64,000 bases of DNA from Chloroflexota bacterium (GCA_002730555.1 PCAM01000037.1:85630-149629); one strand, 5' to 3'; positions 9,393 to 19,772 are shown, numbered from the stretch's first letter. Numbers and translations: made by a program. The notes: generated from the letters alone by a model not told the origin.

Positions 9393-10880
9393 TCAAGCGC
9401 CGCTAAATATGGCACTGGATGCCGCCCCTACAGCGTCCGCCAGCGGGCCGGGATAAACGCCAAGCAGCACCGTCCCGATCAATAAAGCGCTGAGGAGCAA
9501 CCAGCTGAGTCGCGGAATCCCGATCAACGCCGACGTGATGTCCGATTCAGGCACGTCGTCGATAAACATACGTTTAACGATCATCAGGTAGTAGTAGAGC
9601 GACACAACGCTCGCCGCCATGGCTACTCCAGCCAGCCACAGAAGGCCGGATTCCGCAGCGGCGGTGAACAGGTAGAACTTGGTGATGAAACCTACAAAGA
9701 ACGGAAGCCCGGCCAGCGAGAACAGCGCAACCGCCATGACAAGCGATAGATGCGGCGAGCGTTTGGCGAGGCCCGAATATCCCGAAAGCTCATCGGTCCC
9801 GATGTGGTTGTAGACGACGATCACGGTCGCAAACGCGGCGAGGTTCGCAAAGGCATAACCAACAAGGTGCAGCATCACGGCGTCCGAGGCCAGCGTGACC
9901 GGTATCACGACCCCGCCCTCGACGTGCCCGAGGGCGGCGACGCCGAGCAGCAGGAAGCCGACCTGCCCGACGCTGGAGTAGGCAAGCATGCGCTTGATGT
10001 TGGTCTGAACAATCGCCACCAGGTTGCCGATGACCATCGTCGCCACAGCAAGCACGGCCACAAGCACCTGCCACTCTGCCAGCGCGGGAAGCAAGCCCTG
10101 CGTAAACAGTCTCAGTATCAGGGCAAATGCGGCGGCCTTTGATGCGACCGCCAGGAACGCCGTGACCGGGGTCGGAGCGCCCTGATAAGTGTCCGGCGCC
10201 CACATGTGAAACGGCGCTGCAGCCACTTTGAAGCCAAGTCCGGCAAAAATGAGCGCCAGTCCCAGGATCAGCGTCGAATCCAGGTTCCCGGCGTTGAGAG
10301 CAAGGTGTTCGGAGATCCCGGCGTAATAAGTGGTGCCGGTAGCCCCCCAGACCATACTTATCCCGTACAGCAATAACGCCGACGAGAACGCCCCGAGCAC
10401 GATGTACTTCACCCCGGCCTCGTTGCCGTGCGCATCTTCCCGCCTGAACGCGACCAGTACGTACAGACTGAAGCTCAGCAGCTCAAGCGCCACGTAAGCC
10501 GTGAGCAGCTCTCCGGCCTGTGCCATGCCGACCATGCCGACCGCGGCGAACACCATGAGGGCGTAGAACTCGCCGGGCTGCCGGATGTGCTGGCGGACGT
10601 AGTCGTGCGAGATCAAGACGATCACGGCGGTCAGCACCGTGAGGAATACAAAGAAGAAGAGGCCGAACCTGTCCGCAATGAACAGCCCGCCGTACAGGTG
10701 TTCGGCCGTGTCCCAGCGCTGAACCAACACAACCACGGCGCTCACAACCAGCCCACCGGCCGCAAGCCACGACAGATGGAATCGATGCTGTCGCGGCAGC
10801 AGCAGGTCCGCCGCCAACACGGCGAACGCGACACCCACCAGGACGTATTCGGGTACCAACAGGGAAAAGTTGATGTTCAT
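9393..10880 (-). CDS. nuoN: NADH-quinone oxidoreductase subunit N
   Basis: 495-aa polytopic antiporter-like protein, last in the nuo order. 4-nt overlap with nuoM. Confidence 0.9.
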   Translation of the reverse strand: MNINFSLLVPEYVLVGVAFAVLAADLLLPRQHRFHLSWLAAGGLVVSAVVVLVQRWDTAEHLYGGLFIADRFGLFFFVFLTVLTAVIVLISHDYVRQHIRQPGEFYALMVFAAVGMVGMAQAGELLTAYVALELLSFSLYVLVAFRREDAHGNEAGVKYIVLGAFSSALLLYGISMVWGATGTTYYAGISEHLALNAGNLDSTLILGLALIFAGLGFKVAAAPFHMWAPDTYQGAPTPVTAFLAVASKAAAFALILRLFTQGLLPALAEWQVLVAVLAVATMVIGNLVAIVQTNIKRMLAYSSVGQVGFLLLGVAALGHVEGGVVIPVTLASDAVMLHLVGYAFANLAAFATVIVVYNHIGTDELSGYSGLAKRSPHLSLVMAVALFSLAGLPFFVGFITKFYLFTAAAESGLLWLAGVAMAASVVSLYYYLMIVKRMFIDDVPESDITSALIGIPRLSWLLLSALLIGTVLLGVYPGPLADAVGAASSAIFSGA

Positions 10881-12379
10881 CCGGTCACCGTCGGGACGTG
10901 GCGCACGCCTTCACGGATGATATCGATCAGGTAGAACGGCGCGAGCCCGACGATGAGCAGCGTGAGGGCCAACATGCCGGCGACCAGCTTCTCGTTGAGC
11001 TTGAGATCCGGGAGCGACTCCCAGCGCGGATCGGTCTCGCCGAAGTACACTTTCGCCAGGAGTCGAAGCATGTACACGGCGGTGATGCCGGCGCCGATTA
11101 CCGCAAGCGCGCCGACCCACGGGTAGGTCTGGAACAAACCGAGGAAGACCAGCAACTCGGCCACGAATCCGCTGAACCCGGGCAGGCCAAGCGACGCGAA
11201 ACCGGCGACGGCAAAGAAGAACGCGCCGACCGGCATGACCTTTGCCAGCCCGCTGAGCGCCCCGATGTCTCGCGTGTGGGACGAGCCGTAGACGGCCCCG
11301 GCGAGCGTGAACATGAGGGCGGTCATGATGCCGTGGGAGAACATCTGCAACACGGCCCCGGTGACGCCCAGAGTGTGCATCGTGGCGAGCCCTAGGAACA
11401 CGTAACCCATGTGGCTCACGCTGGAGTAGCCGATAACGTACTTGAGGTCGGTCTGCGACATAGCCGCTATCGAGCCGTAGATGACGTTAACCGCGCCCAT
11501 ACCAAGCAGCAGCGGCGCCCAGGCCTCCGCGCCCTCGGGTATGGTCTGTATGCCGACCCGGATGATGCCGAATGCGCCGAGCTTCATTAGCACCCCGGCA
11601 TGCAGCATGCTCACCGAGGTTGGAGCGGATACGTGGCCGTCGGGCGACCAGGTGTGCAGCGGCCAGAGCCCACCCAGAAGGCCAAAACCAATCATCAGCA
11701 ACGGGAATACCCAGTTCTGGAACGACTCGTCGAACCCGGCCCTCTGCAGATCAAGCAGGCTGAAGCTGTTGAGGTCTGCTTCGACGAACATAGCGATGAT
11801 CGAAACCCAGATGAGAACGCTTCCGCCCACCAGGAATAGCACCAGCTTCATGGCGCTGTATTCCTTGCTCCGGGTGAAGCGCGGGAAGCTGGTACTTGAG
11901 CCCCAGAAACCGATCAGCAGGTACATGGGGAGCACCGCGATCTCGTAGAAAAAGAACAGGAAGAAGAGGTCGAGCGATACGAACGTCCCGTACACGCCTC
12001 CGACCAGCAGATTGAGCAGGATCAGGTAATCCTTGCTCCGTGCATCGACGTTCCAGCCGACCAGGATGGCCGCCGGGAACGCGATCGCCGTCAGCGCCAG
12101 CATCGCAACGGCTATGCCGTCGACACCCAGGTCGAAGCCGATGCCGAGCTGATCCAGCCAGGCCGTTTCACTGATGAACTGGTATTGCGACCCGTCTGTG
12201 TAATCGAAACGCAGCAGGATCCATGCGACAAGGGCGGTCGAGACGAGCGCCACAACTGCCGAGAACCACTTCATCGACCGAAGCTGATCGCTATCGCCCG
12301 GCCACAGGATGAGCGCCAGCGCCGTCGCGAAGGGCAGCACCACCAGCAGACTCAGCACGCTGTCATCAAATCCGTTCAT
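10877..12379 (-). CDS. nuoM: NADH-quinone oxidoreductase subunit M
   Basis: 500-aa antiporter-like subunit (HTWSPDGHVSAPT, SSVSHMG), located between nuoL and nuoN. Confidence 0.9.
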   Translation of the reverse strand: MNGFDDSVLSLLVVLPFATALALILWPGDSDQLRSMKWFSAVVALVSTALVAWILLRFDYTDGSQYQFISETAWLDQLGIGFDLGVDGIAVAMLALTAIAFPAAILVGWNVDARSKDYLILLNLLVGGVYGTFVSLDLFFLFFFYEIAVLPMYLLIGFWGSSTSFPRFTRSKEYSAMKLVLFLVGGSVLIWVSIIAMFVEADLNSFSLLDLQRAGFDESFQNWVFPLLMIGFGLLGGLWPLHTWSPDGHVSAPTSVSMLHAGVLMKLGAFGIIRVGIQTIPEGAEAWAPLLLGMGAVNVIYGSIAAMSQTDLKYVIGYSSVSHMGYVFLGLATMHTLGVTGAVLQMFSHGIMTALMFTLAGAVYGSSHTRDIGALSGLAKVMPVGAFFFAVAGFASLGLPGFSGFVAELLVFLGLFQTYPWVGALAVIGAGITAVYMLRLLAKVYFGETDPRWESLPDLKLNEKLVAGMLALTLLIVGLAPFYLIDIIREGVRHVPTVTG

Positions 12380-12382
12380 GGG

Positions 12383-14236
12383 TTAGATGGACCACCAGAT
12401 CACGCCAAGAACGACGGCGCCGATCACCATGCCGAGGGCGTAGTTGTAGACCATGCCCGTTTGTAGATATCGAAGGACTCCACCACCCCAGCGTGTCGTC
12501 TTGCCCGGTCCATCCACCCCGATGTCGTTCACCCAGGCGCGGTCTATGAACGCCGTGAGCCTGGCCAGAGGCAGTACAAGCTGGTTGATACCCCACTGGT
12601 AGACCTCGTCGAAGTAGAACTTGCGCTGCGCCGCGGTCGCCATGAACCCCAGGCGCCGTTGTATGGCGGTCGCCGAAATGCGGCGCTGCATATAGATAAG
12701 CCCGGTCAGATAGAGGCCGACGGCCACAATCGCGATCGAAGCCCCTGAGATGGCCATATTGATGTGGAACCCCTCTTCGGAGTCCGTCACCCAGGACACG
12801 AACCCGTGGTAGTCGTGACCCCACTCGAAAGCGAGCGGCCCAAGGACCGCCGCCAGTAATGCGAAAACCCCGATCGGGGCCCACATCCGGATGCCCGGCT
12901 CGTGTGCGTCCTCGTTCTCCGTGGATAGCCGTCCGAGGAACACCTGGTAGAGCATCCGGCCGGTGTAAAGCACACTGAACGCGACCGCCACAAAGGTGAC
13001 CACAAGGAAGCCGTCGTTCAAACGCCCGTCGTGTACGGCAAGCAGTATCTCGTCTTTGGAGAAGAACCCGGACAGCAGCGGCAGCCCGGCGAGCGATAGC
13101 GCGCCGATCCAGAACATGACCGCCGTGAACGGCATCCTGCGCCAGAGACCGCCCATCTCCTGGATATCGGTCTGGCCGCTGCCGTGGCTGATGCTCCCTG
13201 CGCCAAGGAACAGGCTGGCCTTGGCGAAAGCGTGCGCCAGCAGGTGGAACATCGCAACGCCCGGGGCGCCGGCGCCGACAGCCAACATCATGAAGCCGAG
13301 GTGGCTGACCGTGGAGTAGGCCAGGATGCGCTTGAGGTCCGTCATCGCCAGCGCCGTGACGCCCGCGAGGAGCGCGGTCAGGAGCCCGATCACGGCGATT
13401 AGATCCAGCGCCTCCGGGACCATGTTGTAGATCGGGAACAGCCGAACCACCAGGTACACGCCCGCCACCACCATCGTGGCTGCGTGGATGAGGGCGCTGA
13501 CCGGCGTCGGTCCTTCCATAGCGTCTGGGAGCCAGACGTGCAGCGGGATCTGCGCCGATTTGCCGGCGGCGCCGCCGAATATGAAGATCAGGGCCCACTT
13601 GAGCTGCGTTTCGTCGATAGTTCCCGCATGGGCCAGTTGCGTGATCGTGGAGATGTCGAAGGTCCCGGTCGCCTCGAACAACAGAACGAACCCGATAAGC
13701 AGCGCAACGTCGCCGATGCGGGTCGTGACGAAGGCCTTCTTGGCGGCCTCAGCGGCCGATCTCCGCTCCCACCAGAATCCGATGAGCAGATAGGAGCCAA
13801 GGCCCACAAGCTCCCAGCCCAGATAAAGCAGCAGCAGGTTGTCGGCCAGGACAAGCACCATCATTGCCGCGGCGAACAGTGACTGGACGGCGAAGTACCA
13901 CCAGAGACGTGGCTCGCCGTGCAGGTACTCCAGCGAGTAGATCTGGATACCGATTGCGACGAAGGAAACGACGCCGAGCATCACAAGCGATATCTCGTCG
14001 ACCGTGGCACCCCAGGTGAACTCGAACCCACCCACGGTGAACCATTCCACGGATCGAGTTCCAGCGCCGTCTTCGAGGAAGGCCAGGAAAACCACCACCC
14101 ACACCACAAAAGAGGCCAATATGGCGGCGATGGATAGGTGGGGAGCGATACCGGGGATGCGCCTGCCGGTGATCAGGATGAGGGCGAAGGCGATCGCCGG
14201 GATCACGGGTGCCAGAAATGCGGCGTCAGTTCCCAC
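12383..14236 (-). CDS. nuoL: NADH-quinone oxidoreductase subunit L
   Basis: 617-aa antiporter-like subunit with a long C-terminal extension (lateral helix region). WLPDAMEGPTPVSALIHAATMV motif. Confidence 0.9.
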   Translation of the reverse strand: MGTDAAFLAPVIPAIAFALILITGRRIPGIAPHLSIAAILASFVVWVVVFLAFLEDGAGTRSVEWFTVGGFEFTWGATVDEISLVMLGVVSFVAIGIQIYSLEYLHGEPRLWWYFAVQSLFAAAMMVLVLADNLLLLYLGWELVGLGSYLLIGFWWERRSAAEAAKKAFVTTRIGDVALLIGFVLLFEATGTFDISTITQLAHAGTIDETQLKWALIFIFGGAAGKSAQIPLHVWLPDAMEGPTPVSALIHAATMVVAGVYLVVRLFPIYNMVPEALDLIAVIGLLTALLAGVTALAMTDLKRILAYSTVSHLGFMMLAVGAGAPGVAMFHLLAHAFAKASLFLGAGSISHGSGQTDIQEMGGLWRRMPFTAVMFWIGALSLAGLPLLSGFFSKDEILLAVHDGRLNDGFLVVTFVAVAFSVLYTGRMLYQVFLGRLSTENEDAHEPGIRMWAPIGVFALLAAVLGPLAFEWGHDYHGFVSWVTDSEEGFHINMAISGASIAIVAVGLYLTGLIYMQRRISATAIQRRLGFMATAAQRKFYFDEVYQWGINQLVLPLARLTAFIDRAWVNDIGVDGPGKTTRWGGGVLRYLQTGMVYNYALGMVIGAVVLGVIWWSI

Positions 14237-14284
14237 CGATCGCCACCTGCTTCACCATTCCGGATTCATCCACTCGCAACTCTG

Positions 14285-14602
14285 TTACCACTTCATCACG
14301 TTCAGTTCGTCCACGTTGGCGGAACCGCGGTTACGGAATACGCGCAGCACTATCGCCAGGGCCAGGCCGATCTCTGCGGCGGCGATGGTGATGATGAACA
14401 CCACCAGGATCTGGCCGAACACGCGGACGTCGGCGGCGCGATCGGAGAAAGCAGCGATTCCGACAAGGTTCACGTTGACGGCGTTGAGCATGAGCTCGAT
14501 AGATATGAGGACCATGACGGCGCTGCGGCGCGCCAACACGCCGAAGATCCCGAGGCTGAATAGCGCCGCGCTGAGCACCTGGAAGTGGACGAGTTCAAGC
14601 AT
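14285..14602 (-). CDS. nuoK: NADH-quinone oxidoreductase subunit K
   Basis: 105 aa, three predicted TM helices, in the conserved position. Confidence 0.9.
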   Translation of the reverse strand: MLELVHFQVLSAALFSLGIFGVLARRSAVMVLISIELMLNAVNVNLVGIAAFSDRAADVRVFGQILVVFIITIAAAEIGLALAIVLRVFRNRGSANVDELNVMKW

Positions 14603-14608
14603 GGTCTG

Positions 14609-15121
14609 TTACTCGCCCTCCTCTACGTTGCGGGCGAGCAAGATCGCCCCGATAAGGGCCACGAGAAGGATCAGGGACGCCACCTCGAACGGGATGGCCC
14701 AGTCCGTGAACAACCCCAACCCGAGCGCCTCAAACCCGGTCTCGGTGCCAGTGCCGACGTTTGTCGCTTCATCAAGGCTCGCCACGTCCGTCGCGACAAA
14801 GGCCGCGACTAGTAAGGCAAATACGCCGACGCTGGCGAGCGCTGCAACGGGCCACTGGCTATGGTCTGCGCGTGGCTGTTCGTCGCTACGCGTCAGCATG
14901 ATGGCGAACAGGACGACGACAGTCACTGCGCCGCCGTAGATAAGGATCTGGGCAAGTGCAAGGAACTCAGCGACGGCCACAAGGAAGATCCCGGCAACGG
15001 CGAGGAGCGCCACAAGCAGCATGAAGGCGGCGTGCACGACGTTGCGGGTCAGGATGACGCCGAGAGAACTCAGTACGGTGATGGCGGCCAGCAGATAGAA
15101 GACGACGAGTTGCGCGGTCAA
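14609..15121 (-). CDS. nuoJ: NADH-quinone oxidoreductase subunit J
   Basis: 170-aa membrane protein located between nuoI and nuoK. Confidence 0.85.
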   Translation of the reverse strand: MTAQLVVFYLLAAITVLSSLGVILTRNVVHAAFMLLVALLAVAGIFLVAVAEFLALAQILIYGGAVTVVVLFAIMLTRSDEQPRADHSQWPVAALASVGVFALLVAAFVATDVASLDEATNVGTGTETGFEALGLGLFTDWAIPFEVASLILLVALIGAILLARNVEEGE

Positions 15122-15720
15122 GCGGCGTCTCCCCCCGATTTTTCAGGGATATCGGTATCGTCCGCAGCCTGGGTTTCAGGGTTTTCCGGAGTTTCTTCTG
15201 CCTTTGTCGCCTCGACTGCCGCTTTTGCGGCGGCGCGTTCGTTTGGAGACGCGGCGTTCGGTTTGGATTGCTTCCAACCCACTTCGGCCTGGTACTGCCG
15301 CCCCATATCGAGCAAGGTCGGTAGATCGACCCGGTTGGCGTTCCTGAGCCGCTCGCTTCGTTCGTGCTCGTGGCTCATCTCGATGGCGTCAAAGTTGCAA
15401 ACGTCCACGCAGATGCCGCACAGGATGCAGCGCCCAAGGTTGATTTCAAAGGTCTCGATGATCTTTTTGCGGTGACTGACTCCTTCGGCGAACTTCGGGT
15501 TGTCCTGCATCTGGGCAGACATGCATTGCGTCGGGCAGTAGCGCACACACACGATGCATCCGGTGCAGTAAGGCTCGTCGCGGGCGGCATCCCAGGTGAG
15601 CGCGGGGAATCCCATAAAGCGATTGTCAATCGGGAGATGCTCTTTCGGGTACTCTGCCGTCACCTTGGAGCGCAGCGCTCCACGGAGAGTCACTCCGAGG
15701 CCTTTCAGTCCGTTCAACAT
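15118..15720 (-). CDS. nuoI: NADH-quinone oxidoreductase subunit I (2x[4Fe-4S] ferredoxin-like)
   Basis: Two CxxCxxCxxxCP motifs (CTGCIVCVRYCP, CILCGICVDVCN). It has an Ala/Glu-rich C-terminal tail of about 50 aa. Confidence 0.9.
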   Translation of the reverse strand: MLNGLKGLGVTLRGALRSKVTAEYPKEHLPIDNRFMGFPALTWDAARDEPYCTGCIVCVRYCPTQCMSAQMQDNPKFAEGVSHRKKIIETFEINLGRCILCGICVDVCNFDAIEMSHEHERSERLRNANRVDLPTLLDMGRQYQAEVGWKQSKPNAASPNERAAAKAAVEATKAEETPENPETQAADDTDIPEKSGGDAA

Positions 15721-15723
15721 AGC

Positions 15724-16971
15724 TCAGTTACCGACCTGACCCTCGCCCGGAATTCGGCTGGCTGGCTGGTTTGCGAGATCTGGCACAGGCAGTCCGATCT
15801 CGCCGGCAGACCGTCTGAGTATACGCACCGTTTGCGGCCTGCCGGGTGCGCCTCGACTCCGTCGTACGGCGATCGAGACCAGCACGAGGATCAGTAGCGA
15901 TACCGCCGTCATTACCCAGAGCGACCAGCCGTAGAAGAGCACGACGGAGACCAGCACAAGGTTGACGAACGAAAGCGGGATCAGGACCTGCCATGCAAAC
16001 GCCATCAACTGGTCGATCCGCAATCTGGGATAAGTCGCCCGTACCCAGAAAATAAGCGTGGCCATAAAGTAGGTCTTGATCATGAACCACGTGCCGCCCA
16101 GAAGGTCCGTCGTGATGTCCGAGAGGTCGTTGCCGAACAGGCTCTCCGGCGGGTTCGGCCAGCTCCAGCCGCCGAAGAAGAGGACGATTATGAGTGCGCT
16201 GATTACGAAGGTGTTCAGGTATTCGGCGAGGAAAAACACCGCCCAGTGCGCGCCGCTGTACTCGACGAACGGCCCGCCAACGACCTCGGACTCCGCGTGA
16301 TGGATGTCGAACGGGGTGCGGCCCAGTTCAGCCAGGCCCGCTATGACGAATATCACCAGGCCCATCGGCATCACGAACGCAAACGGGATCGAGCCCTGAC
16401 TCGGGAGATTCCGGACCTGGTCGCCGATGGTGACGCTGTTTCCGTTTATCACCGCATCAAGGGATAGCGACTGGACGAGCGCGGCGATCGACAGGATCAC
16501 GATCACGATCGGTATTTCGTAGCTAACAAGCTGTGCGGCGGCCCGCAGTCCGCCGAGCATCGAGTAGCGGCTTGAAGACGCCCATCCTCCCATCAGGAGG
16601 CCGACGACGCCAAGCCCGCTGATCGCAACCAGGTAGAGCAGTCCCAGGTCCAGCACACGCACCGCCAGGTTGTCCCCGAAGGGAATCGCGAGCCAGATCA
16701 GGAACGCCGGGATCGCCACAAAAACGGGCGCCATCCAGAAGAGCACTTTATCGGCGTACGCCGGGATGATGTCTTCTTTGGTCATCAGTTTGATGGCGTC
16801 CGCCACCGGCTGTAACAGCCCGTGTGGCCCGACAACGGACGGCCCGGCGCGCTGCTGGATTCTTGCAAGTGTTTTTCGTTCCAGCCAGGTGAGCGAAAGC
16901 ACACCAACGGCGAGAGCCGTGAATAGCCCCAAGATGCCGGCGAATGCGAACAGGACATCGGTGAAACTCAA
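15724..16971 (-). CDS. nuoH: NADH-quinone oxidoreductase subunit H
   Basis: WLERKTLARIQQRAGP, LQPVADAIKL and EYSG motifs. 415 aa, longer than the usual ~330-350, with an Arg-rich C-terminal tail. Confidence 0.9.
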   Translation of the reverse strand: MSFTDVLFAFAGILGLFTALAVGVLSLTWLERKTLARIQQRAGPSVVGPHGLLQPVADAIKLMTKEDIIPAYADKVLFWMAPVFVAIPAFLIWLAIPFGDNLAVRVLDLGLLYLVAISGLGVVGLLMGGWASSSRYSMLGGLRAAAQLVSYEIPIVIVILSIAALVQSLSLDAVINGNSVTIGDQVRNLPSQGSIPFAFVMPMGLVIFVIAGLAELGRTPFDIHHAESEVVGGPFVEYSGAHWAVFFLAEYLNTFVISALIIVLFFGGWSWPNPPESLFGNDLSDITTDLLGGTWFMIKTYFMATLIFWVRATYPRLRIDQLMAFAWQVLIPLSFVNLVLVSVVLFYGWSLWVMTAVSLLILVLVSIAVRRSRGAPGRPQTVRILRRSAGEIGLPVPDLANQPASRIPGEGQVGN

Positions 16972-18107
16972 CGGTCCACCTCACCCAGGACGATATCGAG
17001 TGTGCCGAGGATCACCACGACATCGGCTATATAGTGCCCAACGGTCAGGTCACGGAGCGCCTGCAGGTTGCAGAAAGATGGCGGCCTTACCTTGAGGCGG
17101 TACGGCCGCTCGCCGCCGTCACTCACGATGTAGACGCCGAGATCCCCACGCGGGTTTTCGCAGTGGGCGTACACCTCACCGGCGGGGGGGCGGGCGATTC
17201 GACGGATTTGCGCCATCGTGTCGCCCGGTTCCATCAGCGCGATGGCCTGGCGGATGATGCTGATCGACTCCCGGGCCTCAAGGATGCGCAGGTAGAAACG
17301 GTCCCAGCAGTCGCCGGCGCTGCCGACGGGAACGCCAAAGTCCATCTCGTCGTAGTGGGAATACGGCTCATCGACCCGGACGTCGTACGGGACGCCCGAT
17401 GCGCGCAGGACCGGTCCGGAAAGGCCCCAGTCCAGGGCGTCCTCACCCGATATCACACCGATCCCCACCGTGCGTTCGACGAAGATTTCATTCACCGTGA
17501 GGAGACGGTCCGTCTCGTCTATCCCGCGCTCCAGGTCATCGCACAGGGCCAGCGCTCGCGCCACGAAGTCGTCGCCGACGTCCTCTTTTATGCCGCCGAC
17601 CCGGAAGTAGTTGTGCATCATCCGTGCGCCACTTACCGATTCGAAAAGCGCCTGGATTTTCTCGCGGTCTCGGAAATTGTAGAGCACCGGCGTGATTGCG
17701 CCCATGTCAATGGCAAAGGTCCCGTAGAAGAGCATGTGGCTTGCGATGCGGTTGAACTCGCACATGATCATGCGGATCAACTCCGCACGGGGCGGCGCTT
17801 CGACCCCCATCAGCTTCTCGACCGCAGCCACGATCACGAGTTCGTTGTTGAAGTTCGATATGTAGTCGAACCGGTCGAACAGCGTGATGATCTGGCTGTA
17901 AAGCTCGTGCTCGCAAAGCTTCTCGGAGCCGCGGTGCAGATAGCCGACGTGCGGTACCAGGTCTAGAATCTGCTCGCCATCGACACGTAGCTCCATCCGG
18001 AACACGCCGTGCGTGGCCGGGTGCTGCGGGCCCATGTTGACCATCATGTCCACGGTTCCGGGCTGAGAACTCGCCTGGTTATCCGCGAGGTTTGCTGGAT
18101 TAACCAA
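16968..18107 (-). CDS. nuoD: NADH-quinone oxidoreductase subunit D
   Basis: NMGPQHPATHGVFR, HVGYLHRGSEK, and a C-terminal DIVLGEVDR. Confidence 0.92.
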   Translation of the reverse strand: MVNPANLADNQASSQPGTVDMMVNMGPQHPATHGVFRMELRVDGEQILDLVPHVGYLHRGSEKLCEHELYSQIITLFDRFDYISNFNNELVIVAAVEKLMGVEAPPRAELIRMIMCEFNRIASHMLFYGTFAIDMGAITPVLYNFRDREKIQALFESVSGARMMHNYFRVGGIKEDVGDDFVARALALCDDLERGIDETDRLLTVNEIFVERTVGIGVISGEDALDWGLSGPVLRASGVPYDVRVDEPYSHYDEMDFGVPVGSAGDCWDRFYLRILEARESISIIRQAIALMEPGDTMAQIRRIARPPAGEVYAHCENPRGDLGVYIVSDGGERPYRLKVRPPSFCNLQALRDLTVGHYIADVVVILGTLDIVLGEVDR

Positions 18108-18110
18108 GAC

Positions 18111-18692
18111 CTACCACTCCCCGTAATCGTTCAAGGGGTAGCTCTTGCGCCCGGGGAAGCCCTCAAAGTCGTCGGGCAGCACCAGCGGAGAAAGATCGGG
18201 ATGCCCGTCAAAGACGACCCCGAAAAGGTCATGCATCTCGCGCTCATACCAATCGGCCCCGCGCCAGACGCCGGTGACGGAAGGCAACGAGGCCCCGCGT
18301 TCCGGGATCCTGGTCTTCACCACCATCTTGTGGTGATTCGCCAGCGAGAACAGGTGGTACACGACCTCGAACTCACCGTCTTGTTCCAGATAGTCGACCA
18401 CCGTCAGAAGACGCAGGTATGTAAAGCCGAATTCAGGGTCGTCTTTTAATTGCTGGCAAATATCGATGAGTCGATCAGCCGGCACCGTACAAACGACCTC
18501 GTCAATCGCCGCGCCGAACTCGATATCGTGGGAATCGAGGGTTTCAGACAGTCTCTCGGCAAGTACCACACCCTCTGCCGGCAGTGCGACGGCGGCCCGG
18601 GGCACTTCCGGTTCATGACGTTTTGCGGGCGCGGCTTTTCCGCCCTGGCCCGACGGTTCGGCCTCGCCGTTTGATGTTCCCCGGGTAGTCAA
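18111..18692 (-). CDS. nuoC: NADH-quinone oxidoreductase subunit C
   Basis: 193 aa with [22 protein letters not shown] (30-kDa subunit signature). Confidence 0.9.
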   Translation of the reverse strand: MTTRGTSNGEAEPSGQGGKAAPAKRHEPEVPRAAVALPAEGVVLAERLSETLDSHDIEFGAAIDEVVCTVPADRLIDICQQLKDDPEFGFTYLRLLTVVDYLEQDGEFEVVYHLFSLANHHKMVVKTRIPERGASLPSVTGVWRGADWYEREMHDLFGVVFDGHPDLSPLVLPDDFEGFPGRKSYPLNDYGEW

Positions 18693-19210
18693 CCGACCTG
18701 CCCTTCCCGAGCGTCCGCCTGGATTTTTTTCTGGAGCTTCAGGAAGCCGTCCATCAGCGCTTCAGGGCGCGGCGGACAGCCTGGGACGTAGATATCGACG
18801 GGGATCAGATGGTCGACGCCCATCACCACGGAATACGACCGATAGTACGGTCCGCCGTTTGTGGCGCAACTGCCCATCGCGATGACCCATTTCGGGGCCG
18901 GCATCTGTTCGTACAGGAGCTTGATTGGCTCAGCCATTTTCTTCACGACAGTACCGGCGACGATCATCACGTCTGACTGTCTGGGTGAAGGCCAAGTGAC
19001 GATCCCAAAACGGTCGGCATCGTGGTGTGGCATGTATGTCGAGATCATTTCAATGGCGCAGCACGCCAGACCAAAGGTCAGGGGCCAGAGTGACGACTTG
19101 CGGGCCATCGCCACAAGCTGATCTGCGTTGGTCGTGATCACCCCGGGAACGGCGGAACGCTGGAACGGACTCGCTCTCGGCGTGTTCCTCCATCCCTCTG
19201 TTATTTCCAA
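18689..19210 (-). CDS. nuoB: NADH-quinone oxidoreductase subunit B
   Basis: [26 protein letters not shown] and [11 protein letters not shown] (N2 cluster ligands). Confidence 0.92.
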   Translation of the reverse strand: MEITEGWRNTPRASPFQRSAVPGVITTNADQLVAMARKSSLWPLTFGLACCAIEMISTYMPHHDADRFGIVTWPSPRQSDVMIVAGTVVKKMAEPIKLLYEQMPAPKWVIAMGSCATNGGPYYRSYSVVMGVDHLIPVDIYVPGCPPRPEALMDGFLKLQKKIQADAREGQVG

Positions 19211-19569
19211 GACAGGGCTCCCTTGCGCCAGGCGTAGGTCAGCCCGAACATCAGGATGCCGAGGAAGATGAGCATCTCGTAGAAGACGGCCGCGGCGGCC
19301 TCCAAGAAGATCACCGTCCAGGGGAACAGGAAAACAGCCTCAACGTCGAAGATCAGGAAGGCCAATCCGAAAACGTAGTAGCGGATATTGGTGCGGGACC
19401 ATGAGAACGGCGGCGTCTCGATCCCACACTCGTACGGAATACGGCCCCGTTCGCTACTCTGCCTGGGGGCAAGCAGATACGAGGCGATAAACATGCCCCC
19501 GATCACAAGCAACCCCACAGCGCCGCCGATCGCTATGACCGTCCAGTTGTCGGCGAACCCTTCAACCAC
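19201..19569 (-). CDS. nuoA: NADH-quinone oxidoreductase subunit A
   Basis: 122 aa, PYECG and FLIFDVE motifs. GTG start with AGAGG upstream. Confidence 0.9.
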   Translation of the reverse strand: MVEGFADNWTVIAIGGAVGLLVIGGMFIASYLLAPRQSSERGRIPYECGIETPPFSWSRTNIRYYVFGLAFLIFDVEAVFLFPWTVIFLEAAAAVFYEMLIFLGILMFGLTYAWRKGALSWK

Positions 19570-19676
19570 TAAAGGAACCTCTAAATTCGCTGTCTATAGA
19601 AGTTGGTCTGCCCACGCCGGGAGGAGCGGAACCCGCCGCACGTCTGCGCGACGAAATTCGACACGCTGCACATTTG

Positions 19677-19705
19677 AGATTAGCACCCGACCGCGCCCCA
19701 TTCAA
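19677..19705 (-). promoter_or_regulatory. candidate sigma70-type promoter for the nuo operon
   Basis: On the minus strand: TTGAAT (19705-19700), 17 nt spacer, TAATCT (19682-19677), about 100 nt upstream of nuoA. Pattern match only. Confidence 0.3.
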
Positions 19706-19772
19706 CGATTGATTGGGAAGCTGCAGGGGTAGGCCGCACCGGCACTACCACCTATCCGTCTAGCGATTTCGA

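Noticed and set aside
12366-13598. Very long alternative-frame or antisense ORFs overlapping real genes, for example 12366..13598 (410 aa inside nuoL), 14004..14939, 53415..54119, 57298..58044, 59644..60384, 60427..61176 and 37992..38711.
   Set aside because: Their translations are Arg/Pro/Gly/Ala-rich low-complexity strings, typical of off-frame reading in GC-rich DNA. Each lies wholly within a gene that has unambiguous family motifs. They have no RBS and no recognisable domains.
19592-19608. 17-mer GTCTATAGAAGTKGGTC shared between the nuoA 5' region (19592-19608) and 22964-22980.
   Set aside because: The second copy is simply the last codons plus stop of folE. A 16-of-17 match is expected by chance several times among all position pairs in 64 kb on two strands.
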